Source of the DNA: a virus
Lineage: Duplodnaviria; Heunggongvirae; Uroviricota; Caudoviricetes
DNA: 64,000 bases
Reading direction: 5' to 3' (one strand)
IMG/VR virus record: IMGVR_UViG_3300009093_000040
Made by a program: the position numbers and the translations under genes. The notes beneath the pieces were generated by a model. The model saw nothing but the letters and a program-made list of their open reading frames with translations. It was not told where the DNA came from and ran no database searches. Below, in pieces: positions 41,816 to 52,077 of the stretch (positions are counted from its first letter, which is position 1; each line of letters starts with the position of its first letter).

Positions 41816-44038
41816 ATGGCAACTCCTACTGCAAATTCGAAACCTTTAAGATCAGTTCCTACTTGGGAAAATGGTGTATGGAGTGTTACGGATTTTTATA
41901 CTGAAGAATCTTTCAAAAATTTTGTTACTCCATTATTTAAGGAACCGGGTAAGTATGAATTTGATGAAACAGCTTGGATTTTTAATGAACAAGCTCAAAA
42001 ATTCAGAGAGAATGGGACTTATTGTGACGCTGCTTTTAAAAGTAAAGAGTTTACTACGTATTGGGACGATCAAAAAAATAAATGTAGAGCAGGTGTAATA
42101 TTCAAAAATAAAGGTAAGACTTGGTATTTACCTAGAGAATATTACATGTGGATTAATTTCCTAAAAATAAATGATAAGGTTAAAAAGAAATTTGATTTTC
42201 CTAATGTGTGGGATGTTCAGTATCATATATCCTTGTATAATCTTTTAGCAGAATTAAATTATTTACACAGTGTTATATTAAAGAAAAGACAGATAGCAAG
42301 TTCTTATTTACACTGTGCTAAGTTAATTAATGAAATGTGGTTTGAAGAAACACCTATATTAAAAATGGGTGCTGCATTAAAAGATAAAGTTAGTGATAAA
42401 GGAAGTTGGAAATATTTAGAAGAGTATCGAAATTTCTTAAATAAAAATACAGCTTGGTATAGACCCATGAATCCGGGAGGTATGGGTAAATGGGAACAAA
42501 AAATTGAAGTTACAGAAGAAGGAAGAACCGTAACTACAGGATTGAAGGGAGCTTTAACAATGCTGACTTTTGAAAAAGATGCAAGTGCTGGTGTTGGTGG
42601 TCCATGTAGAATTTTCTTTCATGAAGAGTATGGTATTGCACCAAAAGGGGATGAGACGTATCGTTATGCAAAACAAGCAATGCGTTCTGGTATGTTAACA
42701 ACAGGTATTTTTATTGGAGCAGGTTCTGTGGGTGATTTAGATAAATGTGAACCATTAAAAAAATTCATTTATCATCCTAGAGAAAATGGCTTCTATTCTG
42801 TTGAATGTAATTTGGTAGATGAAAAAGGTACAATTGCACAAACAGGTTTGTTTATTCCTGAGCAATGGTCAATGCCTCCTTATATTGATGAGTTTGGGAA
42901 TTCGGATGTAGAAGGTGCAATGAAGGCTTTAGATGAAGAATTTAAACAATTAAAAAAAGATTTAGATCCTGCAGATTATCAATTAGAAATTTCTCAAAGA
43001 CCTCGTTATATTTCTGAAGCTTTTGCTTTTAGAAAAGTATCAAAATTCCCGATTCATTTAATTTCGGCACAGAAAAAGAGAATTGAAGATAAAGCTTACC
43101 CTACAGAATATGTAGAATTATTTCGAAACGTAGAAGGTAAAGTAAAATTTAAACAAAGCAATAAATTACCAATAACAGAATTTCCCCTATCTAAGAAAAC
43201 AGAAGATAAAGAAGGAGTAGTTGTAATTCATGAGCGCCCGATTGATAATCCTGATTTCTTAACTTATTTTGGGTCTATTGACCCTGTAGGTGTGGGTAAA
43301 ACAAACACTTCAGATTCACTTTGTAGTATTTACATTTATAAAAACGACATTGAAGTTACGAGAGTTATAAATGGTGAACCAAAAACGTTTATAGAGCACG
43401 GAAAGTTAGTAGCATCTTGGACCGGTCGTTTTGATGATTTGAATAAAACACATGAGCGTTTAGAAATGCTTATTGAACTTTATAATGCTTGGACCATTGT
43501 AGAAAATAATATAAGTCACTTTATCATTCACATGATAAATAAGAAAAAACAAAAATATTTAGTTCCGAAAAATCAAATTATATTTTTAAAAGATTTAGGT
43601 GCTAATGAAAATGTTTATCAAGAATATGGTTGGAAAAATACAGGAAATCTTTTTAAAGAGCATTTGCTTAATTATGGAATTGAATTTTTAAAAGAAGAGA
43701 TTGATCAAGAAGTTAACGCTGAAGGGGAAATTCTTAAAACGCAATACGGTATAGAAAGGATTCCTGATATCATGTTGCTTAAAGAAATGGAAGCTTATGA
43801 TGATGGAGTAAACGTGGATAGGTTAGTTGCTTATTGTGCTTTAGTTGCTTTTGTTAAAGTTCAACAGGCAAATCGCGGTTATAAAAAGAGACTGGAAGAA
43901 GAAAAGACACCGAAAAGCTTGGAAAAGTCCGAAAATTTGTATAAATTAAGTAACGGACCCTTCCGACATATTGGAATGGGTAATTCGCAAAATGACAACA
44001 GAAGACCACCTAGATATCCTTTTAAAAATTTTAGATAA
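41816..44038 (+). CDS. terL: Terminase large subunit
   Basis: ILKKRQIASS (Walker A-like), IFFHEEYG (Walker B), GSIDPV nuclease motif, NVDRL. Confidence 0.85.
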   Translation: MATPTANSKPLRSVPTWENGVWSVTDFYTEESFKNFVTPLFKEPGKYEFDETAWIFNEQAQKFRENGTYCDAAFKSKEFTTYWDDQKNKCRAGVIFKNKGKTWYLPREYYMWINFLKINDKVKKKFDFPNVWDVQYHISLYNLLAELNYLHSVILKKRQIASSYLHCAKLINEMWFEETPILKMGAALKDKVSDKGSWKYLEEYRNFLNKNTAWYRPMNPGGMGKWEQKIEVTEEGRTVTTGLKGALTMLTFEKDASAGVGGPCRIFFHEEYGIAPKGDETYRYAKQAMRSGMLTTGIFIGAGSVGDLDKCEPLKKFIYHPRENGFYSVECNLVDEKGTIAQTGLFIPEQWSMPPYIDEFGNSDVEGAMKALDEEFKQLKKDLDPADYQLEISQRPRYISEAFAFRKVSKFPIHLISAQKKRIEDKAYPTEYVELFRNVEGKVKFKQSNKLPITEFPLSKKTEDKEGVVVIHERPIDNPDFLTYFGSIDPVGVGKTNTSDSLCSIYIYKNDIEVTRVINGEPKTFIEHGKLVASWTGRFDDLNKTHERLEMLIELYNAWTIVENNISHFIIHMINKKKQKYLVPKNQIIFLKDLGANENVYQEYGWKNTGNLFKEHLLNYGIEFLKEEIDQEVNAEGEILKTQYGIERIPDIMLLKEMEAYDDGVNVDRLVAYCALVAFVKVQQANRGYKKRLEEEKTPKSLEKSENLYKLSNGPFRHIGMGNSQNDNRRPPRYPFKNFR

Positions 44039-44045
44039 GTAAACG

Positions 44046-46811
44046 ATGGAAGTTTTAAACGCACTGCAGCTTAAACAAGGAAAAAAAGCTCAATATAATA
44101 AAATGGGTACGATCACTCAACCCATTCAATTTATTCCTCGTGATGAAAAAGATACGGATTGGGCTGCTTGGAATTTAGACTGGCATGAGTGGAGAGGGTT
44201 GATGCAGATAAGAAGAAATGCTCAGCGTTTAATGAAGAATTATAAACTGGCAAAAGGAATTATTGATAGAAGTGATTATATAGTTGAAAATAATAATGAG
44301 TATCGAGAATTAGTTGACATACTTGCAAAAGAGGATATGTCGGCTCTTGATCTGAAATTTTATCCAATTATTCCTAACGTAATAAACACTCTTTGTAGTG
44401 AATTTGCTAAACGTAACACTAAAATTACTTTTAGAAGTGTCGATGAGTTTTCATATAACGAATTGTTAGAACAAAAACGTTCGCAGATTGAACAGGTTTT
44501 ATTTGCTGATGCTGAGAAAAAACTGATGGATAACATGATTCAGCAGGGTTTAGATCCTGAAGATCCAGAGGTACAAAAACAAATAGAGCAGCAAACATCC
44601 CCGGAGAGCATGAAAACACTTCCTGAAATTGAAGGGTTTTTCAAAAAGGATTATCGTTCCATGGTTGAGCAGTGGGCAGAACATCAGTACAAGGTAGATG
44701 TTGAGCGTTTTAATATTGATGAATTAGAAGAGCGCGCGTTTAGAAACATGCTAATCACTGATCGTGAGTTCTGGCATTTCAAAATGATGGAAGATGATTA
44801 TGACATCGAGCTATGGAATCCGGTGCTGACGTTCTACAATAAATCTCCTGAAACGAGATATATTTCCCAAGGAAACTGGGTGGGTAAAGTAGACATGATG
44901 AATGTGGCAGATGTAGTTGATAAATATGGCTATTTAATGACGCAGGATCAATTGGAAGCATTAGAAGCAATATACCCTGTCCGATCAGCAGGATATCCTC
45001 TACAAGGGTATCAGAATGACGGATCTTACTATGATGCTACGAAGTCTCATGACTGGAACGTAAATCAACCGGGATTAGCTTACAGGCAGTTTGTTTCCAT
45101 GTCGGATAATTTTGGAGCTAACGGAGGGGATATTGTAACTTGGATAATGGGGCAGAATGAAGATTATGTGGATGCCGGCATGTCATTCCTGCTTCGTTGT
45201 ACTACTGTATATTGGAAAAGTCAACGTAAGGTTGGGCACTTAACTAAAATTAAAGAAAACGGGGAAGTTATCACGGATATTATCGACGAAGACTATAAAG
45301 TTACCGATAAACCTATGTATAACACAACCTTGATGAAAAATAAAAGCAAGGATAACTTAGTTTTTGGTGAGCATATTGATTGGATTTGGATCAATGAAGT
45401 TTGGGGTGGTGTGAAAATAGGTCCTAATCACCCTAGTTTCTGGGGTCAGAAGAACCCGGGTGGAGTGAACCCTATGTATATCGGTATCGATAAAAACAGA
45501 GTGGCTCCGTTACGTTATCAATTCAAAGGAGATAAAACCTTTTATGGTTGTAAGTTGCCGGTAGAAGGAGCTGTGTTTTCTGATTACAATACACGATCTG
45601 TAACATTAGTTGATTTAATGAAACCTTTTCAGGTTGGTTATAATATTGTGAATAATCAAATTGCAGATATACTTGTAGATGAATTAGGTACAGTGGTGAT
45701 GTTTGATCAGAATGCTTTACCGCGTCACTCTATGGGTGAAGATTGGGGAAAAAATAATTTAGCTAAGGCATATGTAGCTATGAAAAATTTCCAAATGTTA
45801 CCCTTGGATACAACGCTTGCGAATGCAGAACACCCTATTGCTAATCAGGCATTTCAGCAATTAGATTTAGAACAAAGTAAACGTTTGTTGAGTAGGGTTA
45901 ATTTGGCTAATTATTTTAAACAAGAAGCGTTTTCTGTAATTGGTGTGACTCCTCAACGTATGGGTCAAGAGATCAGCAGGCAAACGGCAACAGGAGTTGA
46001 ACAATCCGTTAACTCTTCTTATGCTCAAACAGAAACTTATTTTATACAACACTCGGATTATTTAATGCCTCGTGTGCATGCGATGAGAACAGATCTTGCA
46101 CAGTTTTATAATTCAACTAAACCATCGGCAAGACTTCAATATATCACTTCAAAAGATGAGAAAGTAAATTTTGAAATCAATGGGTCGGAACTTTTATTAA
46201 GAGATTTAAACGTTTATTGTACAAGTAAAGCTGTAGACAGAGCTCTTCTTGAAGAATTGAAACAACTTGCTGTAGGTAATAATACAGGTGGTGCTACAAT
46301 TTACGATTTAGGTAATTTAATGCAAGCAGATTCTATAGCAGAGGTAACTCATACTTTAAAAAGTATCGAAGAAAAAGCATCTGCGGCGAATCAGGAAAAA
46401 ATGCAGCATGAAGAAAGACTTAAACAAATGGAGATTGATGCTAAAGCTGAGGAACGTAAATTCTTACTTGATCATGAAGCTATGGAAGCAGAGAAAAATC
46501 GTAGAAAAGATATTTTTGTTGCTGAGATTAGAGCTGCTGGTTATGCTGCAGGTGTTGATAAAAACAATAATGGGCAAAATGATTATCAAGATTTCTTAGA
46601 TAAAATGAATGCCAGTGACGAATTTCAACAATCAATGACTTTTGAAAATGAAAAAGAACAAAATAAGCAAACTTTAAACAACGATAAGCAAAAAGTGCAA
46701 AGAGAAAAGATGAATAATCAGGTTAAATTGAAAGAACTTGATCTTCAAATAGCGAAGGAAAATAAAAACAAATTTGATAAACCGAAAAAAGAAACTCCAA
46801 AAAAGAAATAA
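44046..46811 (+). CDS. Portal protein (crAss-like)
   Basis: 921 aa following TerL; YPIIPNVIN, SLVDLMKPFQ..YN, IGVTPQRMG features, long C-terminal coiled coil. Confidence 0.75.
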   Translation: MEVLNALQLKQGKKAQYNKMGTITQPIQFIPRDEKDTDWAAWNLDWHEWRGLMQIRRNAQRLMKNYKLAKGIIDRSDYIVENNNEYRELVDILAKEDMSALDLKFYPIIPNVINTLCSEFAKRNTKITFRSVDEFSYNELLEQKRSQIEQVLFADAEKKLMDNMIQQGLDPEDPEVQKQIEQQTSPESMKTLPEIEGFFKKDYRSMVEQWAEHQYKVDVERFNIDELEERAFRNMLITDREFWHFKMMEDDYDIELWNPVLTFYNKSPETRYISQGNWVGKVDMMNVADVVDKYGYLMTQDQLEALEAIYPVRSAGYPLQGYQNDGSYYDATKSHDWNVNQPGLAYRQFVSMSDNFGANGGDIVTWIMGQNEDYVDAGMSFLLRCTTVYWKSQRKVGHLTKIKENGEVITDIIDEDYKVTDKPMYNTTLMKNKSKDNLVFGEHIDWIWINEVWGGVKIGPNHPSFWGQKNPGGVNPMYIGIDKNRVAPLRYQFKGDKTFYGCKLPVEGAVFSDYNTRSVTLVDLMKPFQVGYNIVNNQIADILVDELGTVVMFDQNALPRHSMGEDWGKNNLAKAYVAMKNFQMLPLDTTLANAEHPIANQAFQQLDLEQSKRLLSRVNLANYFKQEAFSVIGVTPQRMGQEISRQTATGVEQSVNSSYAQTETYFIQHSDYLMPRVHAMRTDLAQFYNSTKPSARLQYITSKDEKVNFEINGSELLLRDLNVYCTSKAVDRALLEELKQLAVGNNTGGATIYDLGNLMQADSIAEVTHTLKSIEEKASAANQEKMQHEERLKQMEIDAKAEERKFLLDHEAMEAEKNRRKDIFVAEIRAAGYAAGVDKNNNGQNDYQDFLDKMNASDEFQQSMTFENEKEQNKQTLNNDKQKVQREKMNNQVKLKELDLQIAKENKNKFDKPKKETPKKK

Positions 46812-46981
46812 TCAGGATGATTTATAAATTGAAAAAAAGGATTTAAAACATTTCTATGTATAATATGTAAAAAATCTTTTATTCGATTGAAATAGTTAAA
46901 CGTAAAAAAACTTTTTTGATGTACTTTCGTGTTTAGAGTAGTAAAAATCAGCGAGATAAACCAACAAAACCAACATAAAAA

Positions 46982-48316
46982 ATGAGCACCACTACCACAG
47001 TAAAAGAAGAAGATGTAGATTTACAGGCTATACTGGGAACTCCGGGAGCAATACTAACACCTTCTGAAAAAAAACCAAGTTTATTTTCTTCTGCTGGAGA
47101 TATAAAAACAAAAGAGTTTCTTGATGGATTGTCTAAAAATCCCCCAACAGGAGCACCTCCTGCTGATGACGATGATGATAAATTAACTCCGGAAGAGAAA
47201 CAAGCAAAAGCAGATGCTGCTTTAAAAGCTAAAGAAGCAGCTTTAGAAAATGCAAAAAAAGGTACAGAAATTTTAGATGGAATTATTCCGGGAGCTACAA
47301 CATCAACAGATGATGACGATGATGATGCAGGTCAAGGTGGTGCTGGTGGTAGTGCAGCAGGTCGTAAAAAAACACAAAAAGATGCTTTAATTGAAACTGT
47401 AAAATCTTTAATTGAGGAAAAAGTATTATTTCCTTTTGATGGAGAAAAAACGGTAGAGCAGTATAGTCTGCAGGAATTAAAAGATCTCATTGTTAAAAAC
47501 TTTGAATATAAACAAGAAGAGTTTACTAAAAAGTTACCTCTTGAATTTTATGATTCGTTACCAGAAGAATTGCAATATGCTTATAAATATTATGCAGATG
47601 GTGGTAAAGATTTAAAAAGTGTGTTTAAGGTTTTATCTCACATGGAGGAAAACAAACAGCTTGATACTAATACAGAAGAAGGTCAAAAACAAATATGCCG
47701 TCTTTGGTTGACTACTACTAATTTTGGCACTCCTGAAGAAATTGAAGCTGAGGTTAACACATATGCTGATCGTAAAGAATTAGATAAAAAAGCAGTTCAA
47801 TTTAAACCAAAAGTTGAAGCTAAAACAGCGGAGATTTTAGAAACGCAATTAAAAAAACAGGAAGAATCAAAAGCTAAACAACAACAAGCTGCAAGTAAAT
47901 ATGTGGAAAGTTTAGTTAAAGTTTTAACTCCGGGTGAAATCAACGGTTTAAAAATGGATAACAAAACTCAGGAAATGATTTATACTGGTTTAGTTCAACC
48001 TATTTATAAATCTGTCTCTGGAAGCAATACAAATTTATTAGGACATTTACTTGAGAAATATCAATTCTTAGAACCTAATCATGCACTTATATCTGAAGTA
48101 CTTTGGCATCTTGCAGACCCTGATGGTTTCAAAGCTAAATTGAAAGAGCAAGGTTCAACTACACAAGTTGTAAATACAGTTAACAAATTAAAAATCGAGC
48201 AACAAAGTAAAAATAATGGTGGAACTATAGATGACCAAGGCGATGCTTCGAGAAAAAAAGTAGCAGCAAATGGTGAAACTAAAATTCCACGAGGTAACAT
48301 ATTTAGAAGAGTATAA
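46982..48316 (+). CDS. Acidic scaffold-like protein
   Basis: Asp-rich N-terminus and helical C-terminus, between portal and capsid genes. Confidence 0.5.
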   Translation: MSTTTTVKEEDVDLQAILGTPGAILTPSEKKPSLFSSAGDIKTKEFLDGLSKNPPTGAPPADDDDDKLTPEEKQAKADAALKAKEAALENAKKGTEILDGIIPGATTSTDDDDDDAGQGGAGGSAAGRKKTQKDALIETVKSLIEEKVLFPFDGEKTVEQYSLQELKDLIVKNFEYKQEEFTKKLPLEFYDSLPEELQYAYKYYADGGKDLKSVFKVLSHMEENKQLDTNTEEGQKQICRLWLTTTNFGTPEEIEAEVNTYADRKELDKKAVQFKPKVEAKTAEILETQLKKQEESKAKQQQAASKYVESLVKVLTPGEINGLKMDNKTQEMIYTGLVQPIYKSVSGSNTNLLGHLLEKYQFLEPNHALISEVLWHLADPDGFKAKLKEQGSTTQVVNTVNKLKIEQQSKNNGGTIDDQGDASRKKVAANGETKIPRGNIFRRV

Positions 48317-48345
48317 ATAATAACAACTAAAAATAAAAACAAAAA

Positions 48346-49971
48346 ATGGCAACTCCTGTATTGAACAATGGTATCTTCCTGAGAGATACCAACTATCAAG
48401 CGAATTCTCACGTTGATTCTTATCACTTGATGAATATGCTAAAAGATGCTGAGCCGATGGATTTAGGTCCTGTCGATATTTGGGCAATGTCCCAGAAGGT
48501 CGAGATGCCCCTTTATCAATTATCGAGCTTTGGTGGGAAAAATGTTATCATGGTCGACAACGCCCGTGGTGAGTATAAATGGCAAACTCCTGTTTCGCAG
48601 GATTTACCTTATATTATCGAAGACATTGAGCCCAGCAACACTACAAAAGGTTTAGATGGTCAAACATTTAAACTTAAATTAAACCGTCGTGAATTTGGAC
48701 ATGGTGATATTTTCACTTATGACAAATACAATGGTGCAGAGTTTTATGTTACTGCAGAGGACATATTACCTACCGGTGATGGTTATATTTACACTGTACG
48801 TTTAGTGAATAATGACAACTTCCGTTTCTTAGATAACAAGTATCTTGAAAATGGAACAAAATTATTCCGTGTAGGTTCTGCTCGTGGAGAATATGGAGAA
48901 CGTTTCTCTGATATTATGACTCGTGCGGGCTTCCGTGAGTTTTATAACTTCGTAGGTGGTGCTCAAGCACACGTTCATTATTCTGTTTCATCTCGTGCTG
49001 ATCTTCAGCTTAAAGGTGGTATGACAGCTAAAGGAACTGTACCGGTTACTGAAATTTGGAGAAATTTTGACCCAAATTTAGATCCTTCAATCACAAAGAT
49101 TGAAGACATGGCTAAATTAATGGGACCAAAAGGAATGACTAGAGCGATGGAAGAAGGTACATTAAGTCGTACTTTCCTGACAACTTTAGAAGCAGCCCAT
49201 TTATCGAAAATTGCTAATGATATCGAAACCTACTTGATGTGGGGTAAAGGTGGACGTATTACTCAGGATGGTCCTGATGATATGCGTTTATCAGTGGGTC
49301 TTTGGAAACAGTTAGATAGCGCCTTCAAACGTGTTTATAATAAATCAAACTTTACGCTTGATTTATTCCGTTCGGAGTTATATAATTTCTTTGCAGGTCG
49401 TGTGGAATTTGATGGTCCTGATCCTAAACGTAAGTTACTTGTTCAAACAGGTATCGGTGGTATGCGTTTAGTAAACGAAGCTATCAAAAATGAAGCTGGA
49501 AATGCAGGTCTTGTTATACAAGCGGCTACAGATAATGGTATCGGTGCTGTTACAGGAAAAGGTATGGATTTAGGGTTTGGTTATGCTTACACTAGAATCA
49601 TAATTCCTTTCTTAGCAGAATTGGTATTTAAAATTAACCCTGCTTTTGATAACATTCATACGAATGATATTGAGAATCCTATCATCGATGGTAATCCGTT
49701 ATCTTCTTACAGTTTCATCATTTTTGATGTTACTGATAATACAAATGATAACATTTACTTGTTGAAATTGAACTGGGATAATCAATTACGTTGGTGGTAT
49801 CAAAATGGTACGATGGACTATATGGGTCGTACTAATGGTTTTGCTTCATCTGGTAACTTTAACGGGTACCGCGTAATGATGGAACAAACAATGCCGGCAA
49901 TTTGGGTGAAAGATCCTACTAAGGTGTTGAAAATTGTGATGAAAAACCCTATTACAGGGCAGTCTCTATAA
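48346..49971 (+). CDS. Major capsid protein
   Basis: 541 aa, strongly biased codon use (CGT, GGT), position after portal/scaffold, LMWGKGG motif. Confidence 0.75.
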   Translation: MATPVLNNGIFLRDTNYQANSHVDSYHLMNMLKDAEPMDLGPVDIWAMSQKVEMPLYQLSSFGGKNVIMVDNARGEYKWQTPVSQDLPYIIEDIEPSNTTKGLDGQTFKLKLNRREFGHGDIFTYDKYNGAEFYVTAEDILPTGDGYIYTVRLVNNDNFRFLDNKYLENGTKLFRVGSARGEYGERFSDIMTRAGFREFYNFVGGAQAHVHYSVSSRADLQLKGGMTAKGTVPVTEIWRNFDPNLDPSITKIEDMAKLMGPKGMTRAMEEGTLSRTFLTTLEAAHLSKIANDIETYLMWGKGGRITQDGPDDMRLSVGLWKQLDSAFKRVYNKSNFTLDLFRSELYNFFAGRVEFDGPDPKRKLLVQTGIGGMRLVNEAIKNEAGNAGLVIQAATDNGIGAVTGKGMDLGFGYAYTRIIIPFLAELVFKINPAFDNIHTNDIENPIIDGNPLSSYSFIIFDVTDNTNDNIYLLKLNWDNQLRWWYQNGTMDYMGRTNGFASSGNFNGYRVMMEQTMPAIWVKDPTKVLKIVMKNPITGQSL

Positions 49972-50020
49972 AAACTCGGAGCTTCTGTTGGTCTTGCATA
50001 CACCAGCAGTTTGCTTCTTG

Positions 50021-50074
50021 CCTGCACACATGCATGTGACTCGAAAGAGGATTGGTTTGCAGCCGATTGCGGGA
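50021..50074 (+). ncRNA. Mini-cloverleaf tRNA-like structure downstream of the capsid gene
   Basis: CCTGCA/TGCGGG acceptor-like stem, ACAT/ATGT, CTC-GAAA-GAG, ATTGG-TTTGCAG-CCGAT stacked on the acceptor 3' strand. Confidence 0.45.
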
Positions 50075-50101
50075 ACAAAAAGTTAACCAACAATAAATAA
50101 A

Positions 50102-51109
50102 ATGAACACAGAAGCAGCAATACAAACAAGAACTAAATCGGGAGCTATCGCGGTTAGACCTTATTTTGATCCCACTATAAAAAATATGGGATTAGAAAAT
50201 TATGGTTTAGTTGTACAAGATGGTTGTCTTCAAACTGAACAATTAACCTGTATAGAGCAAAACGGAACCAAAAGGTATTTGACCGGGTTGAATGAATTTG
50301 CTCGTGAAGTTTTGCAAATTAAGGATGAAAAAAAGAAAGAAGCTGTAATTAAAGAAATCAGAACAAAAGTTATTTTTCTTGAAAAAGCTTATGGGTCTAA
50401 TGTAATCGATATTGCAGATAAAGCATTTTGGGAGAAAGTTAAAACGGTCCATCCTTCTAATGATAAATTTTGGGATAAAGTATTAATCAGTGTTGGTAAC
50501 GAACCTGTATTTTTAGATCCGGAAAAACCTGAAGATTTAGTTAGGCTTTGTGCAATTGAAGCTGGTGGGTTTTCATTAATTGCAAAATCTTTAGATGAGG
50601 CGCGCGCGCGCAGTACCCCTCCTAAATTTTATTTAGATAAATATGAAGAAACTGCTTCAACTAAAACTGAAGTTAAAAAACTTCGTAATAAAGCTTTAGC
50701 TGCGTTACAAGAATTATACGATACAGATACTAACAAATTATTCTATGTTGCAAAGGTTGTAGATGGAAATAGTGCACAGTATCGTAAAACAACCCCTAAT
50801 GATGTAATGTACGATAACATGGATCGTTATATTACCGCTCAAGGAATTGAAGTTTCTCCTAAGAGAGCTGCTAAAACATTCATTGAAGCTTCTGAAATGG
50901 ATATGGAAACATTGATTTTAAAATCAATTGTTAGAGATTCTTCTTTTTATAAATTTATTATTTTAAAAGGAGATGGACATTTCTATGATGCTAAAGGAAA
51001 CAATCTTTTAGGAAAAAATCCTGAAGAAATTCTTGAGTATTTAAAAAATCCTATGAATGCTAAAATACTAAAATCTTTAGAAGAAGATTTGAAAAAACAC
51101 TGGGCATAG
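50102..51109 (+). CDS. Hypothetical head-module protein
   Basis: 335-aa ORF after MCP. Confidence 0.7.
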   Translation: MNTEAAIQTRTKSGAIAVRPYFDPTIKNMGLENYGLVVQDGCLQTEQLTCIEQNGTKRYLTGLNEFAREVLQIKDEKKKEAVIKEIRTKVIFLEKAYGSNVIDIADKAFWEKVKTVHPSNDKFWDKVLISVGNEPVFLDPEKPEDLVRLCAIEAGGFSLIAKSLDEARARSTPPKFYLDKYEETASTKTEVKKLRNKALAALQELYDTDTNKLFYVAKVVDGNSAQYRKTTPNDVMYDNMDRYITAQGIEVSPKRAAKTFIEASEMDMETLILKSIVRDSSFYKFIILKGDGHFYDAKGNNLLGKNPEEILEYLKNPMNAKILKSLEEDLKKHWA

Positions 51110-51151
51110 TTAACTAAATAATAATAACCAACAATCAAAAAACAAATCAAA

Positions 51152-51286
51152 ATGAAAAAAAAATCGTTAAAAAAAGCAGAAACAGGTGGGATGGCGAATC
51201 CTAACCAAAAGGTAAGCACACAAAAAAGTGCAACAAAATATACCGGTGGTAAAAACGCAAATGTAGCTGTAAAACCTAAAAAGTAA
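51152..51286 (+). CDS. Small basic protein (44 aa)
   Basis: Hand-translated MKKKSLKKAETGGMANPNQKVS... Confidence 0.5.
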   Translation: MKKKSLKKAETGGMANPNQKVSTQKSATKYTGGKNANVAVKPKK

Positions 51287-51292
51287 ATAAAG

Positions 51293-52000
51293 TTGAACAA
51301 TCAAGTTTTACAACTAAAAGTAAGACAAAGTCTTAACAAACTTGCCAGCAATGATTATGATAACATAGTCTGCTGGCAGATTGTTGAGAAATTCAATAAA
51401 GTTCAACCTTTGTGGACTAGAAAAAATCTCCATGGTTTAAACGTAAAACAAGAAGGTGATGAACAGTCTACAAGTAGAATTGATGATTTTCAAATTTTAT
51501 TAACTACATCTCCTGTTTTAACTGTTGCAGATAGAGGTGATTTTTACGAAACAGTTAACATACTACCTCAAGATTATTTGAGGTTTAAACGTGTTTCTTG
51601 TAAAGCGAAAAGTGATTGTTGCTCGGAAAGAAAGATGGTTGTTTATTTGGGTGAAGCAGGTAATCTTGATTTATTGCTTCGAGATAAAAATAAGCAACCT
51701 AGTTTTGAATGGGGAGAAACTTTTGCAACATTTAGTGCGGATAAATTACGTATTTATACAAATGCTCAGTTTGAGGTAATAGATCCTACCTTAACTTATT
51801 ACAGACAACCTCGTAGAATTGAAATAGCAGGTTGTAAGGATCCTTATACAGGAATTACTCCTACAACAGATGTAGAGTGTGAATTTAAAGATGATATTGT
51901 TGAGCTTTTGATTGAAGCAACAGCCGGTGAATTGGCAAAAGATATTGAGTCTATAATGCAAGCTCAAAGAGCTGAGCAGAACGTAGAAAAAAATAATTAA
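51293..52000 (+). CDS. Putative head-tail connector/ring protein
   Basis: 235 aa, TTG start; LTYYRQP...CEF motif in the structural operon. Confidence 0.5.
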   Translation: MNNQVLQLKVRQSLNKLASNDYDNIVCWQIVEKFNKVQPLWTRKNLHGLNVKQEGDEQSTSRIDDFQILLTTSPVLTVADRGDFYETVNILPQDYLRFKRVSCKAKSDCCSERKMVVYLGEAGNLDLLLRDKNKQPSFEWGETFATFSADKLRIYTNAQFEVIDPTLTYYRQPRRIEIAGCKDPYTGITPTTDVECEFKDDIVELLIEATAGELAKDIESIMQAQRAEQNVEKNN

Positions 52001-52077
52001 AATTAATTTGGTTTATCAGTAAAATTTTTGTATATTAAAATAAATTGTTTGTTTGTTTAACTTAAAAATCGAAAAAA

